From: Amphiscolops sp. MND2022
Taxonomy: Eukaryota
Assembly: GCA_964187785.1 (NCBI GenBank)
Contig: OZ076414.1
Span: 47,926,001-47,990,000, forward strand
Reading direction: 5' to 3'
Length of the DNA: 64,000 nt
Below the pieces are notes generated by a model. The model ran no database searches and was not told where the DNA came from. It saw nothing but the letters and a program-made list of their open reading frames with translations. Shown one piece after another: positions 12,701-25,088 of the stretch (positions are counted from its first letter, which is position 1; each line of letters begins with the position of its first letter). A program made the translations under genes and the position numbers.

Positions 12701-13626
12701 TGTCTTCCAGCTGTTCTCTCGGCGGTCCGCGTGCTCGAGCGTTGTGGCTGTCTCTCCGGCAGTGATGCCCAGTCGAGTCGTGAGGAGTTCGCCACATTTG
12801 TTGTCGATGCTAGGACGCGGCATCGAGAATCAGAGAAAAGTGCAGAGCAGATCAAAGATGTCACCAAGTGTCTGTTCTCTGATTACAGCTTCATGTCACG
12901 GAGAAGTCTGGTCCAGGTGCTGAAAGTGTGCTGTTTGGTGGTAGATCGCCCCCAAAGAAAAATGCCGGACATTGAGATTGATTTGAAAGACTGTGCTGTT
13001 CCGGTTGCCGTTGTGACGTCGTCTCTGAGGGGCGTCCAAAGTCTCGTGTCCTCCCCCGGGTACAAGCAAGGCGCTTTCTTCACCCAGTGAACAATGGAAA
13101 GCGTTCGCGATGCCATTGCCAGTAGTCGCGATTTCATGTCCTGTGCTAGTTTCGACCCTCGGGAGAGTGTGTCGTGTGGCGATCGTTCGTCCTTTGTGCG
13201 AAAATATTCTTCAGCTTTTGATGCTTACTTGAGCCGTAAGAAGAGTGAAGCCACGAAACAATTGCACAGTGCAAACCGACAGCCGCGCTGCGTCCTTTTT
13301 CGGAATCTGGTGGTTCCGGTGGGTCAAGTGTCTGTGGTTCTCTTCGCTCTGCTGTACTGCCCTCTCCTTCGTTTGCTGTTGCTTCTCCTGGATCTGGTTC
13401 TGATAGTGGGACGTCGAGGCAGCGTACGTATACCGCTGAGTCTTCCCTGGCTGCTATTCCTGGACAGAAAAAGGAGCTGAAACCAGTCGATAAGGAGCCC
13501 GTTGCTAAGAAAGAGTCGTCAAAGACGAGTTCAGGAAAAGAGTCTGTGAAAGATCAGGATAAAGATGGGCAGAAAGGTACAGTGCCGACTAGAAAACGAC
13601 CGGGAGCTAAATCCAAGAGCGAGTGA
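9760..13626 (+). pseudogene. E2 antisense spliced cargo gene: disordered N-terminus, BED/TTF-type zinc finger, hAT-like fold
   Basis: FHCMICKRDVSMLSRGAREFLRH*SGDRH. Phase-0 GT-AG intron 11232-11362 joins ORFs 10908 and 11366 in frame. Further candidate introns at 10159-10234, 10492-10638, 11983-12310. C-terminal DFLQG/LYCFCPELL...REEFATFVVDAR; K/S-rich tail ends 13626. Confidence 0.7.
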
Positions 13627-13911
13627 AATTTGCAACTGAGACTTTGTATAACTGCCGTTTTGAGATTGTAGTGATAGTCTTTATAGTTCTATAGTGCATA
13701 CTGATATATCAGGTTGTATTTGTTGTATGTTTGATGATTTTATTTTGCTGGAGTTAGAAAATTAGATGGTGGTAAATGGCTCCCCAGCAAAATAGTACAG
13801 AACAAGTTTGGAGTCAGAAAAAAAACGAGTAAAGCAATAAAAAGTAGAATGCCTGTAATTGAAGTTGTCAGGTCGGTTCGATCTGGACACTTGATAATGC
13901 TCTTTTTCTTC

Positions 13912-16900
13912 TTATTGAGTCGTAGTGATGGCGTCAAGTCGTCTGAAGTCAGGATTAGCGTTGGGTTTGAGATTAGGTCGTAAATTGTATTTTGCTGTTT
14001 TCCTTGGATTGTATCCAACTACTGTAGGCGGCGATTTTGGGGGAATAGGTGGACTTTCAATAGGTGGGGGGCGACGTATATATGGATTATCCTCCACGTT
14101 TGTAGTAAGATTCGAAAAGTCCGGAGACGGCGGCGCTGCGTCGTTCTCAGTTTCAAGCTGATTTTCCGGTACTTGTTGCGTCGCTGTTTCGTCCTGCGTG
14201 TTCGTTACTTTTTGTGTTTCTGCTTGCTGATTATTGTGTATATTCTCTCGCGTCTCGTGTTCGTCAATTTGTTTCTTGAAATCCATTTCCCACGAAACTG
14301 CGTACCACTCATTGTGTGACATTTTGACATCTGGATCCGGAAGATATTCGCTTGCTTGTACCGTGACGTCTGGCATACGTTGTTCTGGCTCGTAGTGTCG
14401 TATGCGAATTCTGTGAAGCGTTTGTGTATATCTTGTGCCAAGTTTTCGTATCGTTTAGTTGTTATTGGAAAGCACTTTGATCACTACATACGGTCCAGTC
14501 CAGATGCAATCTTGGAACGCAAGTTTTGTCGACTAGTTGTCGGCTTTCGCGTTAAGTATGTAACAATATTCATTGATCTTCAGTGGAGCTGCGGACGCTT
14601 TGCGGTTGTAATATTTTTTATATTTGAGGTAGGAGAGCATGATGTTATCTTTCGCCGTCGCTCGTATCTCATCAATTTGTTTCTGGATTTGCTCTGATAT
14701 ATCTGAGTTGGGCGTAGTTTTCCATTTTGGCTTGATTCCCAGTTTTAAGTCAAGGACATTGTAAGGTATTCGTCCGTGGAATACTGTAGATGGTTCGCAG
14801 CCTAGAGTTTCGTGGTATGTTGTGTTATAGTTCCTTACCGCGATTTGAACATATTTGTGCCACATTGAGCGTCTTTCTCCCGTCGAAACTTTTAGTGCTG
14901 TTTTGATTGCAGCGTGTGTTCTTTCCAAAATGCCAATCGTTTGTGCATGCTTCGTGGACGCGTGGCTAATTTGGATTTCGAGGATCTGTGCTACTTCGGT
15001 TACGATTTCTGATCGGAATTGCGACCCTTTATCCGATAGAATCAGTGTTGGAAAGTATGCATGTATTGTCATGACGTCGACAATGCATCGTCCGATTGTT
15101 TTCGCTGTGACATTCTGCGTTGGATATGCAAATAGGTAGCGTGAAAATACATCGATCATTGTAACAATGTTTTGGTATCCTGCAGAGTTTGGTAGGTTCG
15201 GTAATATATCAATTTCGAGGATATCTTCCGGGCCTAGGACGTGTTCTGTATTGTTGATCATCTTCGGTCTGATTTGGCTGCTGCTGATTCGTTTGTATTT
15301 GATGCAGTCTTCACATTGCATTACCCACTGTTTGATTCTTGTTGCTAAACTGGGGTAGTAATACTTTGATTGGCATTCTTGAATCATTCTTGTGATCCCT
15401 GGGTGTTTGCCCATTTGTCCATGAATTGCTTTCAAAAGTTCTGTAACCAGATGTTCGGGAATTAATATCTGATGGTGAGTAACTTGACCGCATTCTCCGT
15501 AGTATTTGCGCATTAGTACTCCGTCTTTGACTAAGAGACTGTTTTCATGTACTAGGAGACGTTTTGCTGTCGGATCAGTTTGCAAAAGGTGCTTGTCGTA
15601 TTCTTCGCATATTAGTTTTCTTTTGATTGCCTTGAATACTGGGCTTGAATCCTGTTCAACTCCGATGCGTGCATCTTCTTTTATTGCTCCAAAAGTATAG
15701 GAGGCTTTGTTGATTGGGATTGGAGTTGTTTCCTTTATGGCCAGCTTTATTTTTGTCGTTTCTTCGTCGAGTGCACTTTGTTTTGCTTGTTCTTTTTGTC
15801 GGAGGATTTCTTCTTCGGTTTCTATTGTTTCATCTGGAAGAAAGAAAAGTTGTTCTTCGTCTGCGACGTCAGTGGATTGTAAATTGACTTGTACTGGACG
15901 GATTGTAATGTCTTCTCGGATTTTTAATTCAACTCTTTCTTTGGGATTGAGTTCAATGCGCGACAAGAAATCGGCCGCTGTGTTCTGCGCACCAGCCACG
16001 TGCATTATGTGAAAGTTGAATTGTAGCACCTAATCACACGCGTTCCACAGCGTAGGTGGTATGACTTTCGTTTGAAAGAAGCGCGTGACTGATCTGTTAT
16101 CGGTCATTACGAGTGTTGGTAGCGTCGTTTCCCACAAAATATGGCTAGATCCTAGGAATGCATGGTAAATTGCCAGGAATTCTTTGCAATAGATAGACAT
16201 TTTCATTTGAGCTGGGGAAAATACTTTCGATCCGAATGCGACTGGGGCAAACGTTTTCTTTTTGGAGTTGATTTTCTTGTCATTGTTTTCTTCAATCATT
16301 AACGCATAGCCAGAGGCTCGAAAGCTGGCATCCGTCATTAGGACGTATTGTTGTCCTGTGATTGGTTGTTTGAGAGCCAATCCGCAGGCTTGCGCCAGAG
16401 CTGCGTTGATCGCTTTGTAATGGTCGAGTAGCTCTTCAGTGATTTTGATTTGTTTATCTGCTTTCAACAGCTCATAGAATCCGAGTAATTTTTCAGATAA
16501 TCGCGGGATGTAGTTGCGATAATAATTGACAAAAGCCGATGTATCTTTGTACTTGCTTTTTTGATTTCGGAAATCGTACATTTGCTACGAATTTTTGTAA
16601 TTTATGGTCTTGGGGGCAATTCCTTGCGGAGTGATTGTTCTTCCAAGAAATTCGACTTCAGTCACCCCAAAATGGCATTTTTCTATGGTTAGTTTGAGCC
16701 TCGCTTGTCTGATGCATTCGAAAACAGCCCGGATGTTGCGTATCAGCTGCGTCACTGAATTGGCCGCAATCCCAATGTCATCCACATATTGTGCGCACTG
16801 ATCTGCTTTGATTACTTTGTCTAAGTATTCTCTCATGAAACTTGAGAATGCTGATAAAGCGCTGCTGATAAAGGGCGAACGTCCTGCTTGCGAAGTTAAA

Positions 16901-18595
16901 TGCCAGCATTTCTATAGATCTTTGATCTGCCATCTGTAAGCAGTGGTATGCTTGCGAGCAGTCTAGTTTGCAAAACAATTTTTTACCAGCTAGGTGTTGA
17001 GCTGCGTCTGACAAGGTGCTAACTGGATGGTTATTGTTGATGTAGTCATCTGAGATTAGTGCGTTTATTTTTCGCAGGTCGACAAGTAGACGTAACTTGT
17101 CATTCGATTTGCGTTGTGCAAAAATTGGACTTGCATATTTTGAGAATGGTAGGGTCGTTTTTCTGCCGTACCTGTGCATTAGCGTCAAGTCTACTGTTAG
17201 GTCTTCTTTCAAATTGATTGGTACCGGCAAGCTTCGCGTGTAAATTGGACGCTCGTCTTTCGGAGTTAGTTTGACTTTGAAGCTGTTGTTGATTCCAATG
17301 TCAAGGCGATGGCGATCAAAAACATCATTGTATTCGAATATCGTTTGCTCGAGTTGCCTCCTGTCGTTGCCTCTGGTTTAGTTCACGGATTTCTTTTCAG
17401 GATCCGTCGTTGGATTGGCGTATGCTCTTCTTCATTTCCTGGATTCTCGGGTGTGGGGAACCTGAGAATTTCGTCACTTTGATCAGTTTCGTTGGATTTC
17501 ATGAGATAATTTACGTACATGTGGGTAACATCAGGATCTTCTAGCAGTTTGAGTGCAGCGGCGTCTACTGGTCGTATTTGTTTCGTGTCCTCGGGTTTGA
17601 GGATTTGTAGTTCCGCCAGTTTTGTGTGATTATTTATTGTATGAGGGAAATCCGTTAAGTTGGCGATTCGGATGTTGAGCTTTTTATTGTGGGCTGTCGC
17701 CAGTGCTGGTGCGACAATAATTGTTGCTGTTTCATCAAATTGTGGCAGTGGTTGTACCGCACCAGTGACGTCATTCGTGTTTGTGGTTATTACTATTGCG
17801 TTCACTGTTGTCTGTTGGTGCGGTAGCGTTTGATTTCCTTCTGCCATTATTTGGAGCGGTTTCGGATTACATTTTTTCATCTCGTCTGTCATGGCTAGCG
17901 TCATTTCGACGTGCGGAAAATTGATGGTTCCATTGGCAGTGTCAATTACTGCTTGGTGATTTCTCATGAAGTTCAATCCTTTGATAGGAAATGACGTTTT
18001 CGATAGGATGACGAAGGTATCCGTGAAAGTATATGTCCCAATGTTGAACTGAGTGTCCGCTGTGGCTATTGGTTGCTCTAGTTGTGCGTTTGCGCATTCA
18101 ATCTTGAAGGGAGGCTGGGGTATTCTTTTATGACACACTATCGCTATTCATTTTGATCGCGTTGTAGTCTGACCAGGACATGGCGTTGATGAACGCGCCT
18201 GAATCGACAAGTCCATCCTTTGTTATTTCTCCAACTTCAAGCGGGAGATAGAGCATCCTTCTCTTTTTCTTGAGGATTATTGTCGAGTGGAGGGGTATAT
18301 ACGTCTCTCCATCCTTTTTAGTGACATACTCTTTGATAGAGTTGAGAGATGCGGGGAAATCGTTTGTGAAGATAAGTGCTTGAGTGGAGCCGTTAGTATC
18401 TTCCTTAGTTTGTGGTGACGATGGTTGGTCGTTCTGGGCGTTGTCGTTGTATTCTATCTTGTTTGCAATGGTGAATTCTGTGTTGGTGAGGGGCGGCTGG
18501 GTGGAAAGGTCCATGTTTTGTTTTGAATTATCCCGATAATCTTTATCTTGGGGGTAAGTTTTTCCGTGTTCAGTTTGGATTTGTGGTCTTTTCAT
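13912..18595 (-). pseudogene. pol: E2 pol: protease, dUTPase-like linker, RT, RNase H, integrase
   Basis: LVDSGA (protease); LRLLVDLRKIN, KLDCSQAY, QYVDDI (RT); MTDASF (RNase H); HGQMGKHPG...CEDC, EIDILP, SDKGSQF, ILERTH (integrase). Broken by frameshifts and stops. Confidence 0.95.
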
Positions 18596-18747
18596 GGAGG
18601 CGAGTGCTTGTCGTCGTAGCCACTCCTCTGTTGGTGTACCATTGCACTCGATTGTTACGTTAATGACGTATGTGGTAGGGGGATCTTCTGTTGCATACGC
18701 CCTTGCGACTACTGTTTCCCCGAAGCGCAGGCGCGGCGTAATTAGTT

Positions 18748-20180
18748 TTATGACTCAGTGACAGAATTGGCTGTCGTTGGTTGGACGGGGATGTCCCTCT
18801 TTGGTTCTTGAGTATTGTGACGCTTAGGTCGTGGATCGTTGGCAGAGTTGGCTCCATTCCAACAATCTTCCGTTTTGTGTGGTTTGCAGCAAGTGTCGCA
18901 TTTAAGCGGTTTGCCTGCACTAGAGTTGGCTTGGCCATTGTTTCTCTTGGTTTGCATCCATTTATCCCTTTTCATTTTTCTACATTCTGCTTTGTAGTGT
19001 CCAAATTTGTTGCAGTAGAAGCGATACCCCTTTTTGACGTTTTGCGTTGTGTTGTCGACCTGTTTGGACTCAGTTTTTGGTGGGGCTGGTTCTACTTTGT
19101 TTAGTGGTACCAGGGTCACTTCGTCTGGCGCCCCAAGGCCGTTAAGCCTCATTTCCTTTTCTAGGTGGAGTACGATGTCGTTCTAGGGTTTGTCTTCAAG
19201 ATACGCCCTATTTAGTATTTTCTTTACGTGGTCTGGCATTTTTGCATAGATCGACTTATCAATAAATTGTTGGGCTTCAGAGCCGAAGGCTTCTTTGGCA
19301 GTTTTTTGAAGTACATCCAGAAATTCGTGGAGTTTCTAGTTCGAGGGATCAAATTTGAGCGCATCCCATTCGCATCTTGCTTTGGCCATGGACAAATAGT
19401 ATCCGAAACGTCGTTTGAAAATCGTCATTATTTCATCAAGGGAATCTTTTTTCGTGTCTTCAATATTGCAAAACGCCTGTAAGGCGTCTCCTCTGAGCAG
19501 GGAGTGAAAATAGTTTATTTTTTGGATTTCCGTGAGACGTGGGTACATTTTGATGTTATTACGAAAAAGGTCTTCGAAAAGCTCAAATTTTTCCGACTTC
19601 CCGTCGAAGGTTGGGAGTGACGCCGTTAGTGCTTTTGGCATGGGCAGTGCAGTTCCATCATTTTTATCCGTTGCAAATAAAGTCCTTGCCACTACTGGAC
19701 GTTTTTTTGACGTCGGTTGACTTTGAGACCGGGCTTTCGTTCTTTTTGGCTGGTTTGTGGAGTCGGTTAGGACTCCTGTCACCATGTTACGACATACATT
19801 CGGGTCGTTTTGCGTAGAATTTATCCTAACTGATTTTGTCGAAGTGTAAAAACTCCTAGTTTCGTTTTCCGTTTCCTCATCGAAGTTATCTCTAGCGTTC
19901 TCTCTTGTTTCAGATTTTAGAAGCTTCAACATTTCCTTCTGAGATTCAATGAGGAGATTCTTGATCTCGGAAGTTATTTCCTCCTTCAAAGAAGCCTTTA
20001 AATTCTCCAAGAGGCTGTTTTCATTTCGGGGTGATTTTGGTCTAGATGGACCCGTTACTTCTACGTCCTGGTTTGAGGAACAGGGATTTTCCATTACTAT
20101 TGGTGAAACAAAACCTTCAATTACGTTTCTATCACCTTCGTGTTGATCATTCCTTTTTTCTGGCTTCTTGTTGTTGACAA
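18748..20180 (-). pseudogene. gag: E2 gag including the in-LTR leader
   Basis: LPTFDGKSEKFELFEDLF..., knuckles (R)FYCNKFGHYKAEC and CDTCCKPHKTEDC. Leader start codon is TTG here (20180) versus ATG in the 3' LTR; internal stops. Confidence 0.85.
19770..19784 (-). promoter_or_regulatory. E2 primer-binding site TGGTGACAGGAGTCC, probably tRNA-Leu
   Basis: Directly follows the LTR end ...GTCGTAACA; resembles the complement of Leu tRNA 3' ends (TGGTGTCAGGAGT) at 12 of 13 positions. tRNA identity is inference. Confidence 0.75.
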
Positions 20181-22454
20181 TTTGTTGTCGAAAAGACTTA
20201 TCTTGAAGAATTGAAATTCTTTCGGAGATATTTTCTAACAGAGTTAGGCGAAAATGAGAGTTTGGCGAAATTGAGAATTCAACTGAATTATACAATTGCA
20301 AAAGACTGAGTCCCTCAGCCAACTAAAACTTTCGTATATATACTCTCCTACCATTATTTGATCACAACTAAAATTCCCAAATTTCCTTGAACAAATTAGT
20401 CATTTCCTGTATTTTCGATGAAAAAATCATTTATTCCCAATTTTACGTCGACTTTTCGTCAATTTTTGAGACACGACACTCTTTGCTTTATATTAGTCAT
20501 CAGGCATAATCACATCATTTCATCTCGGCGTCCTTTTTATTTCCTCCCAAGCAGGAAGTAGATATTACTTCAGTCTGTCAAATCGGAAATATTTCCCTGT
20601 TTTGCTGCTTTGGTTCGTAAGAAATTGACGCGGAGATGACGCTGACGTGAACAACTAATACCTGGTTTTGAATTTCCACTAGAAGAAAAATGCTATGACT
20701 AATGTTTTCAGCCTTGGAATTTCCAATGATGCTAGGAAAAATAGAAACAAAAGTTATAGAATTAGCAACGATTTTTAAATTGAATTCAATTTAGATGAAT
20801 ATTAATTAATTAGAACAATTCAACGAAGTATTAACGTTTACATTAGAGTACTAAATTAATTTAACTGCAACACTTGACCATTACAAAATTGGCTAGAACG
20901 TTACGGGAATATGACGTGTTAATCAGGAAATTCAAAGCGTACAAATCTTTGCAAGTAAATCTTCATAACTCACGAAATTATAGATTGACGTCCTGATGTC
21001 GTCAAATTAGATCAACGAAACAAAACAACTAGTCACTATAGTAGTTACAAATGATGAGGTATTTAAACGTGATTTTTATGTACAATTGAGGCAACAATGA
21101 ACATAGTTATAGTGGAAAGATACAAATGCGGGCATAGCACTAGGAAAAATATGATTATGTTATTAAAAATATAGCTTTCTGCAGTTCATATCTCACTGCT
21201 TCACGGACACGTCAAAACGACGTCAAGGTTTTCAAAATAGTATCCAAAGTCTGTAACAGTTCATACAAAATGTACAGTAAAAGCACTCTTTTCTAGAATA
21301 AACGGTGACTTTAGTCATAAAGAGTAGGAAAAACCCTATTTAGGTTATTTTGTAATGTTTTTTCAATCGGCCAGTACCCAAATTGACGAGGCTTAGACGT
21401 AATCTGTCAGGTTTTTGTTCTTATCTTCGTTGAGCTCTAAATCGTCCTTAAACGTTTCCTTTTCGTCATTTCCATAAGACCGGTATTCATTTCACTATAC
21501 TGAATGGACTAAAACAGCTATTTTGATGGATTTTGGACGTAAGGCGGACGTACGTATTAGCTTTAGCCTTAGTACGCTGGTATTGGACGTAGCATTGACG
21601 TAATTTTGGAATGAAATCTAGCTAGCTGTTATAGCTGTGACGTCACACCGACGTCTGATTTGGAATACTTTCTACCTCGTTAACTAGTTAGTGGCGGAAT
21701 GCTGATGTCACGATTATAGTAATATTTGCATGTATCTTTAAGATTTGTTTGCTCAGCGACGCGGTATCGTCCCATTCTACATTAATTGCTGTTCAAAGTG
21801 CAATTAAGCTACCTTTCTTACAAGAAGCCGTAAATGTTTTGGCGTGCCATCTCAATGTATTTTCTATTTTACATCTGATTGATGTTCTTTCCCGATTGAC
21901 GATTTTGGATATGTTTTCATTTAGATCGGTCTATGGTCTTTGTTTCAAGACGTATTCCTAATTAAGTTTTCTGGTGGCGAATGTTTCTATTCTGACGTGA
22001 TGAAAGCGTCCTGCCGGAGGTGTATGAAATCATTTTGGTTCATTTTAGTTTCTGTTCTCATTTCCGTTTAAACTTTACGTAAGTTAGACGTACGTTTTCG
22101 TATTTCCAGTCACAGTTTATTTAGGATTGGGTTTGAAGTTTTCAAGTTAGTGGTTGAAATACGATTTGGGGAATCGCAGGCTGCACCCATGGCCTCTTCC
22201 GATCCCCACTCGTCTGCAATGGCAACCCAGACCGGGAGCGGGCTGTGACAGGGCCACTCCTCTGGGGAAAACACCTGGCTGTCTTGGCAAAAACATTAGT
22301 GGAGGAGGCCTCGTTTCAGTATCTTCCGGGTCGTCAAAGCTGCGTCTCACTTCGAGATCGTTTAGTGAGCTTGCAGGACCGAAGTTAATCTTCCTGAGGG
22401 TTTCTGGGGGCGTGATGAAATATGATGAGGAATCTTCTTGATGCACCTTTTCGA
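19785..22454 (-). repeat. E2 5' LTR, outermost 2 nt missing
   Basis: Matches 6051-8715; ends TTTTCGA then a 79-bp unrelated filler (22455-22533). Confidence 0.85.
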
Positions 22455-22533
22455 GGTAGTCTGCGACTATGATGCTTGAGATTGACCCTTCGTTACTGAT
22501 GGCTTCTTCTACGATGAACACATCCGACGACAT

Positions 22534-24387
22534 GCCAGAATCGCACCGCCATATAACAGTAACCTTTGCGGTTTGTGAATTCCAAGGAATATGTTCTTTC
22601 CTTGGCCACTTGTACGGCAATGTCCTCGGTGCAACGAAGGAAAATGTGATGGAAGATTTTTTGAAAACAAACTCACGCTAAGATAAACCAACTCACTGAG
22701 AAATCTCGCCCTACATAGATAGTGAGGTAATACATACTGTGAGGTTATCAGCTCTCCAATCGAAGTCGGGGAACCTTTAGTGGCTGGTGAAGCAAAAATA
22801 AGTCTCCTCCGTGTGGCATAAAAAGCCCATAAAAAGAGATTTCAGTCGTCTTCCTTAACTAGTCCAGGCTTGACGATCCCCCCAATGTGGCCATGTAATC
22901 GTTATAGAAAAGGAAACTGTCTCCGATGTTCACGAGAGGGGCATCAATGAAGAACAGCTTCTCTTCTTCCAACTCTAGAGGGGTAAGGATGTATCCCTCT
23001 TTTCCTCGGACTTGGTGAGTCACTCTGCCCGTGTCGGCATCAAGTTCTCTGAGATGTTCGAACCTCCACCGTTGGTCGCGTCGTAAGTGTCCCTCAGTCT
23101 TGTAATGACGTAGATTCTCTCGTGCGTCTTTGAAATAGATTGATACGTTTGCTTTACATATCTGACAGTAAAATTTATACCGGTTATGGATGGGATCAAG
23201 CGGCATAGAGACAAAGGTCCTTGTCCATTGAATTCCTTCAAAATAGGCATCTTTCATGACTTTGCTTGGCTTACACAGCATTCTTCTTCGTTTACGTGGA
23301 GGACTAGTAACGACAGTGACAGGTGAATGCGCTTGGGCGAGGAACGCCAACGGCCTATAATCTCCACTGCTGTAGCTGCTGCAAGAATTTTGAGTCAACA
23401 CTCTAGTCGGATCTGAATTAGTCGTTTTTGTATCCAGGATCCTGGAAGCGGAAATGGTTGGCGGATTGGCCTCAGAGGAAGTCTCGAAGTTACGGAGATC
23501 CTTATCCGAGTTTAGCGCCCCGCTCCTGTATCCATCACTATCTGCGGCGGTGCTTTCTCCCCCTGAACTGGACTCATATCCTGGACCGGGGGTACCAGCT
23601 CTACGAGGGATGTTCCGGGATGGGCGCTTGTGCAAAAGGTTTCCTTTAGTGACCTTTCTTAGCAATGATTTCATCCTTTGAATAATGAAATCACAGATTC
23701 GTTGGCTATCGTACGCAAGATCGTAAAAATCTGCCCTCACTGAAAGCAATGGTCGCGTGGCCTGCAGGCAGTTCAACTGGCTCGTAAGTAGTAAAATATT
23801 TCCTAATGGCATCTGTTTCGCTTGGGGTTGATTTTCTCTCGGATGCAGACACCTTGGTCCTATAGAGTGCCTGCTCAGAATCACTATTCCCTGACGATTG
23901 GCGCAGTTCCTTGTCAAAGTCAGGAAAGACATCTGGGTCAAGCGTGAATGTGCTAGGTTTGGCAGTGGGCAAATCAACCCTGGAGCTGTCAAAAAGTTCG
24001 CCCGGGTCACTCGTATCAGAGTAGAGGCCTCCACAATCAGAAGTTTCGGACTGGGGTTCTTCAGCATTCTGATTAGCCACATTTGGCAATTGACCCACGG
24101 TTACCAGCAACGGCTCAGACTCGGATAATTTAGCTATCTCAGGAAGGCTCTCTTCGGTCGTTTGGGCTGGATGCTCTAACTGGGGAGTTGGAGAGTTGGC
24201 TCCGGGAGCCCGTCCTCTCAATGAAAGCAGTGACACTCTCTTCGGTAGACCAGCTCAATTTGAAAGCCTGAGATTCTGGTTGGACGTCTTTTTCTAGCTT
24301 AATCTTTTCTTGGGCCTGCTTTTGTTCTTCATTACCCTGGTCAACCACAGGATTGGTGAATTCTGACATTACCCCGTCGTTCGACAT
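22534..24387 (-). pseudogene. E1 antisense cargo gene, 5' part
   Basis: MSNDGVMSEF..., long Ser/Pro/acidic region, PPRKRRR, KFYCQICKANVSIYFKDARENLRHYKTEGH; donor GTATGT at 22737 after WRADNLT; next exon KIFHHIFLRCTEDIAVQVAKERTYSLEF continues into 6050 and below. Confidence 0.75.
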
Positions 24388-25088
24388 ATCTAAACGGAAA
24401 GGGATAAACTTTAGCGGGTATATTCCTGAATACACGTTCATAATACAGCTTAACAAATCTTCTAGAAGGGAATTGAAAAGTATGGCAACAAGCCCAAAGT
24501 GGCATACTCAAATTGACAGAAAGTAAATGAACGTGAACAGGTCCTGATCAAACCTAATGCTGTTGAAAATAAAACAAAGACCAGATAGTTTATCTGTTGG
24601 CGTGTGGAGTAGAAGTAGAAAATTGGAAGACTAGTACGCGCTTCGTGAGGACCATTTGGACCAAGACGGCTGTGATACCAGATGGGAAGGAAGAACTTAG
24701 GTACACTAGGAGGAGATACTAGCTGGATTTGATAGGGATGTCCACTGTCCCTGTACGTCCAGAAGATGGAAAGATTAAAGACTTGGAAGACTGAAATGAC
24801 TATCTGACTAACTAAAAGGAAGCTGATAATGTAACAATTGATGAACTAAAAGATCGATGAGAGGTGCAAATGCTGAGAAAGTGGAGTTCGTGGCGGCAAG
24901 CTGGATTTGATGTCAATTATTTATACAATTATGGATATTATTCTGTGGATGGAATCTGCCAGGGAAACCTATAGAAGTTATATGTTTCGAAACTTCTCTT
25001 CTGTCACGGGAGTATTTTTTTTACAAATTTTATTTTATTTCATTTATTTCCTCTTTTAAACTATTATTACCTAATTCGCCATTTTGGA

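Larger units (their letters stand above)
6051..22454 (-). mobile_element. Inner giant Gypsy LTR retrotransposon E2, about 16.4 kb
   Basis: Two 2.67-kb LTRs, primer-binding site, gag with zinc knuckles, PR-RT-RH-IN order, about 5 kb of accessory sequence between pol and the 3' LTR. Confidence 0.9.

Noticed and set aside
9760-13626. Envelope gene downstream of pol
   Set aside because: Antisense, spliced, zinc-finger containing; no signal peptide, fusion peptide or C-terminal anchor seen.
19336-20322. Gag starting at 20322 (MAEGLSLL...)
   Set aside because: Comparison with the 3' LTR puts the start at 20180; the extension results from a 1-nt deletion in this copy.
22147-22620. 157-aa ORF MPYKWPRKEH... 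as a real gene
   Set aside because: Chimera of an off-frame piece of the E1 cargo exon, the 79-bp filler and the E2 LTR.
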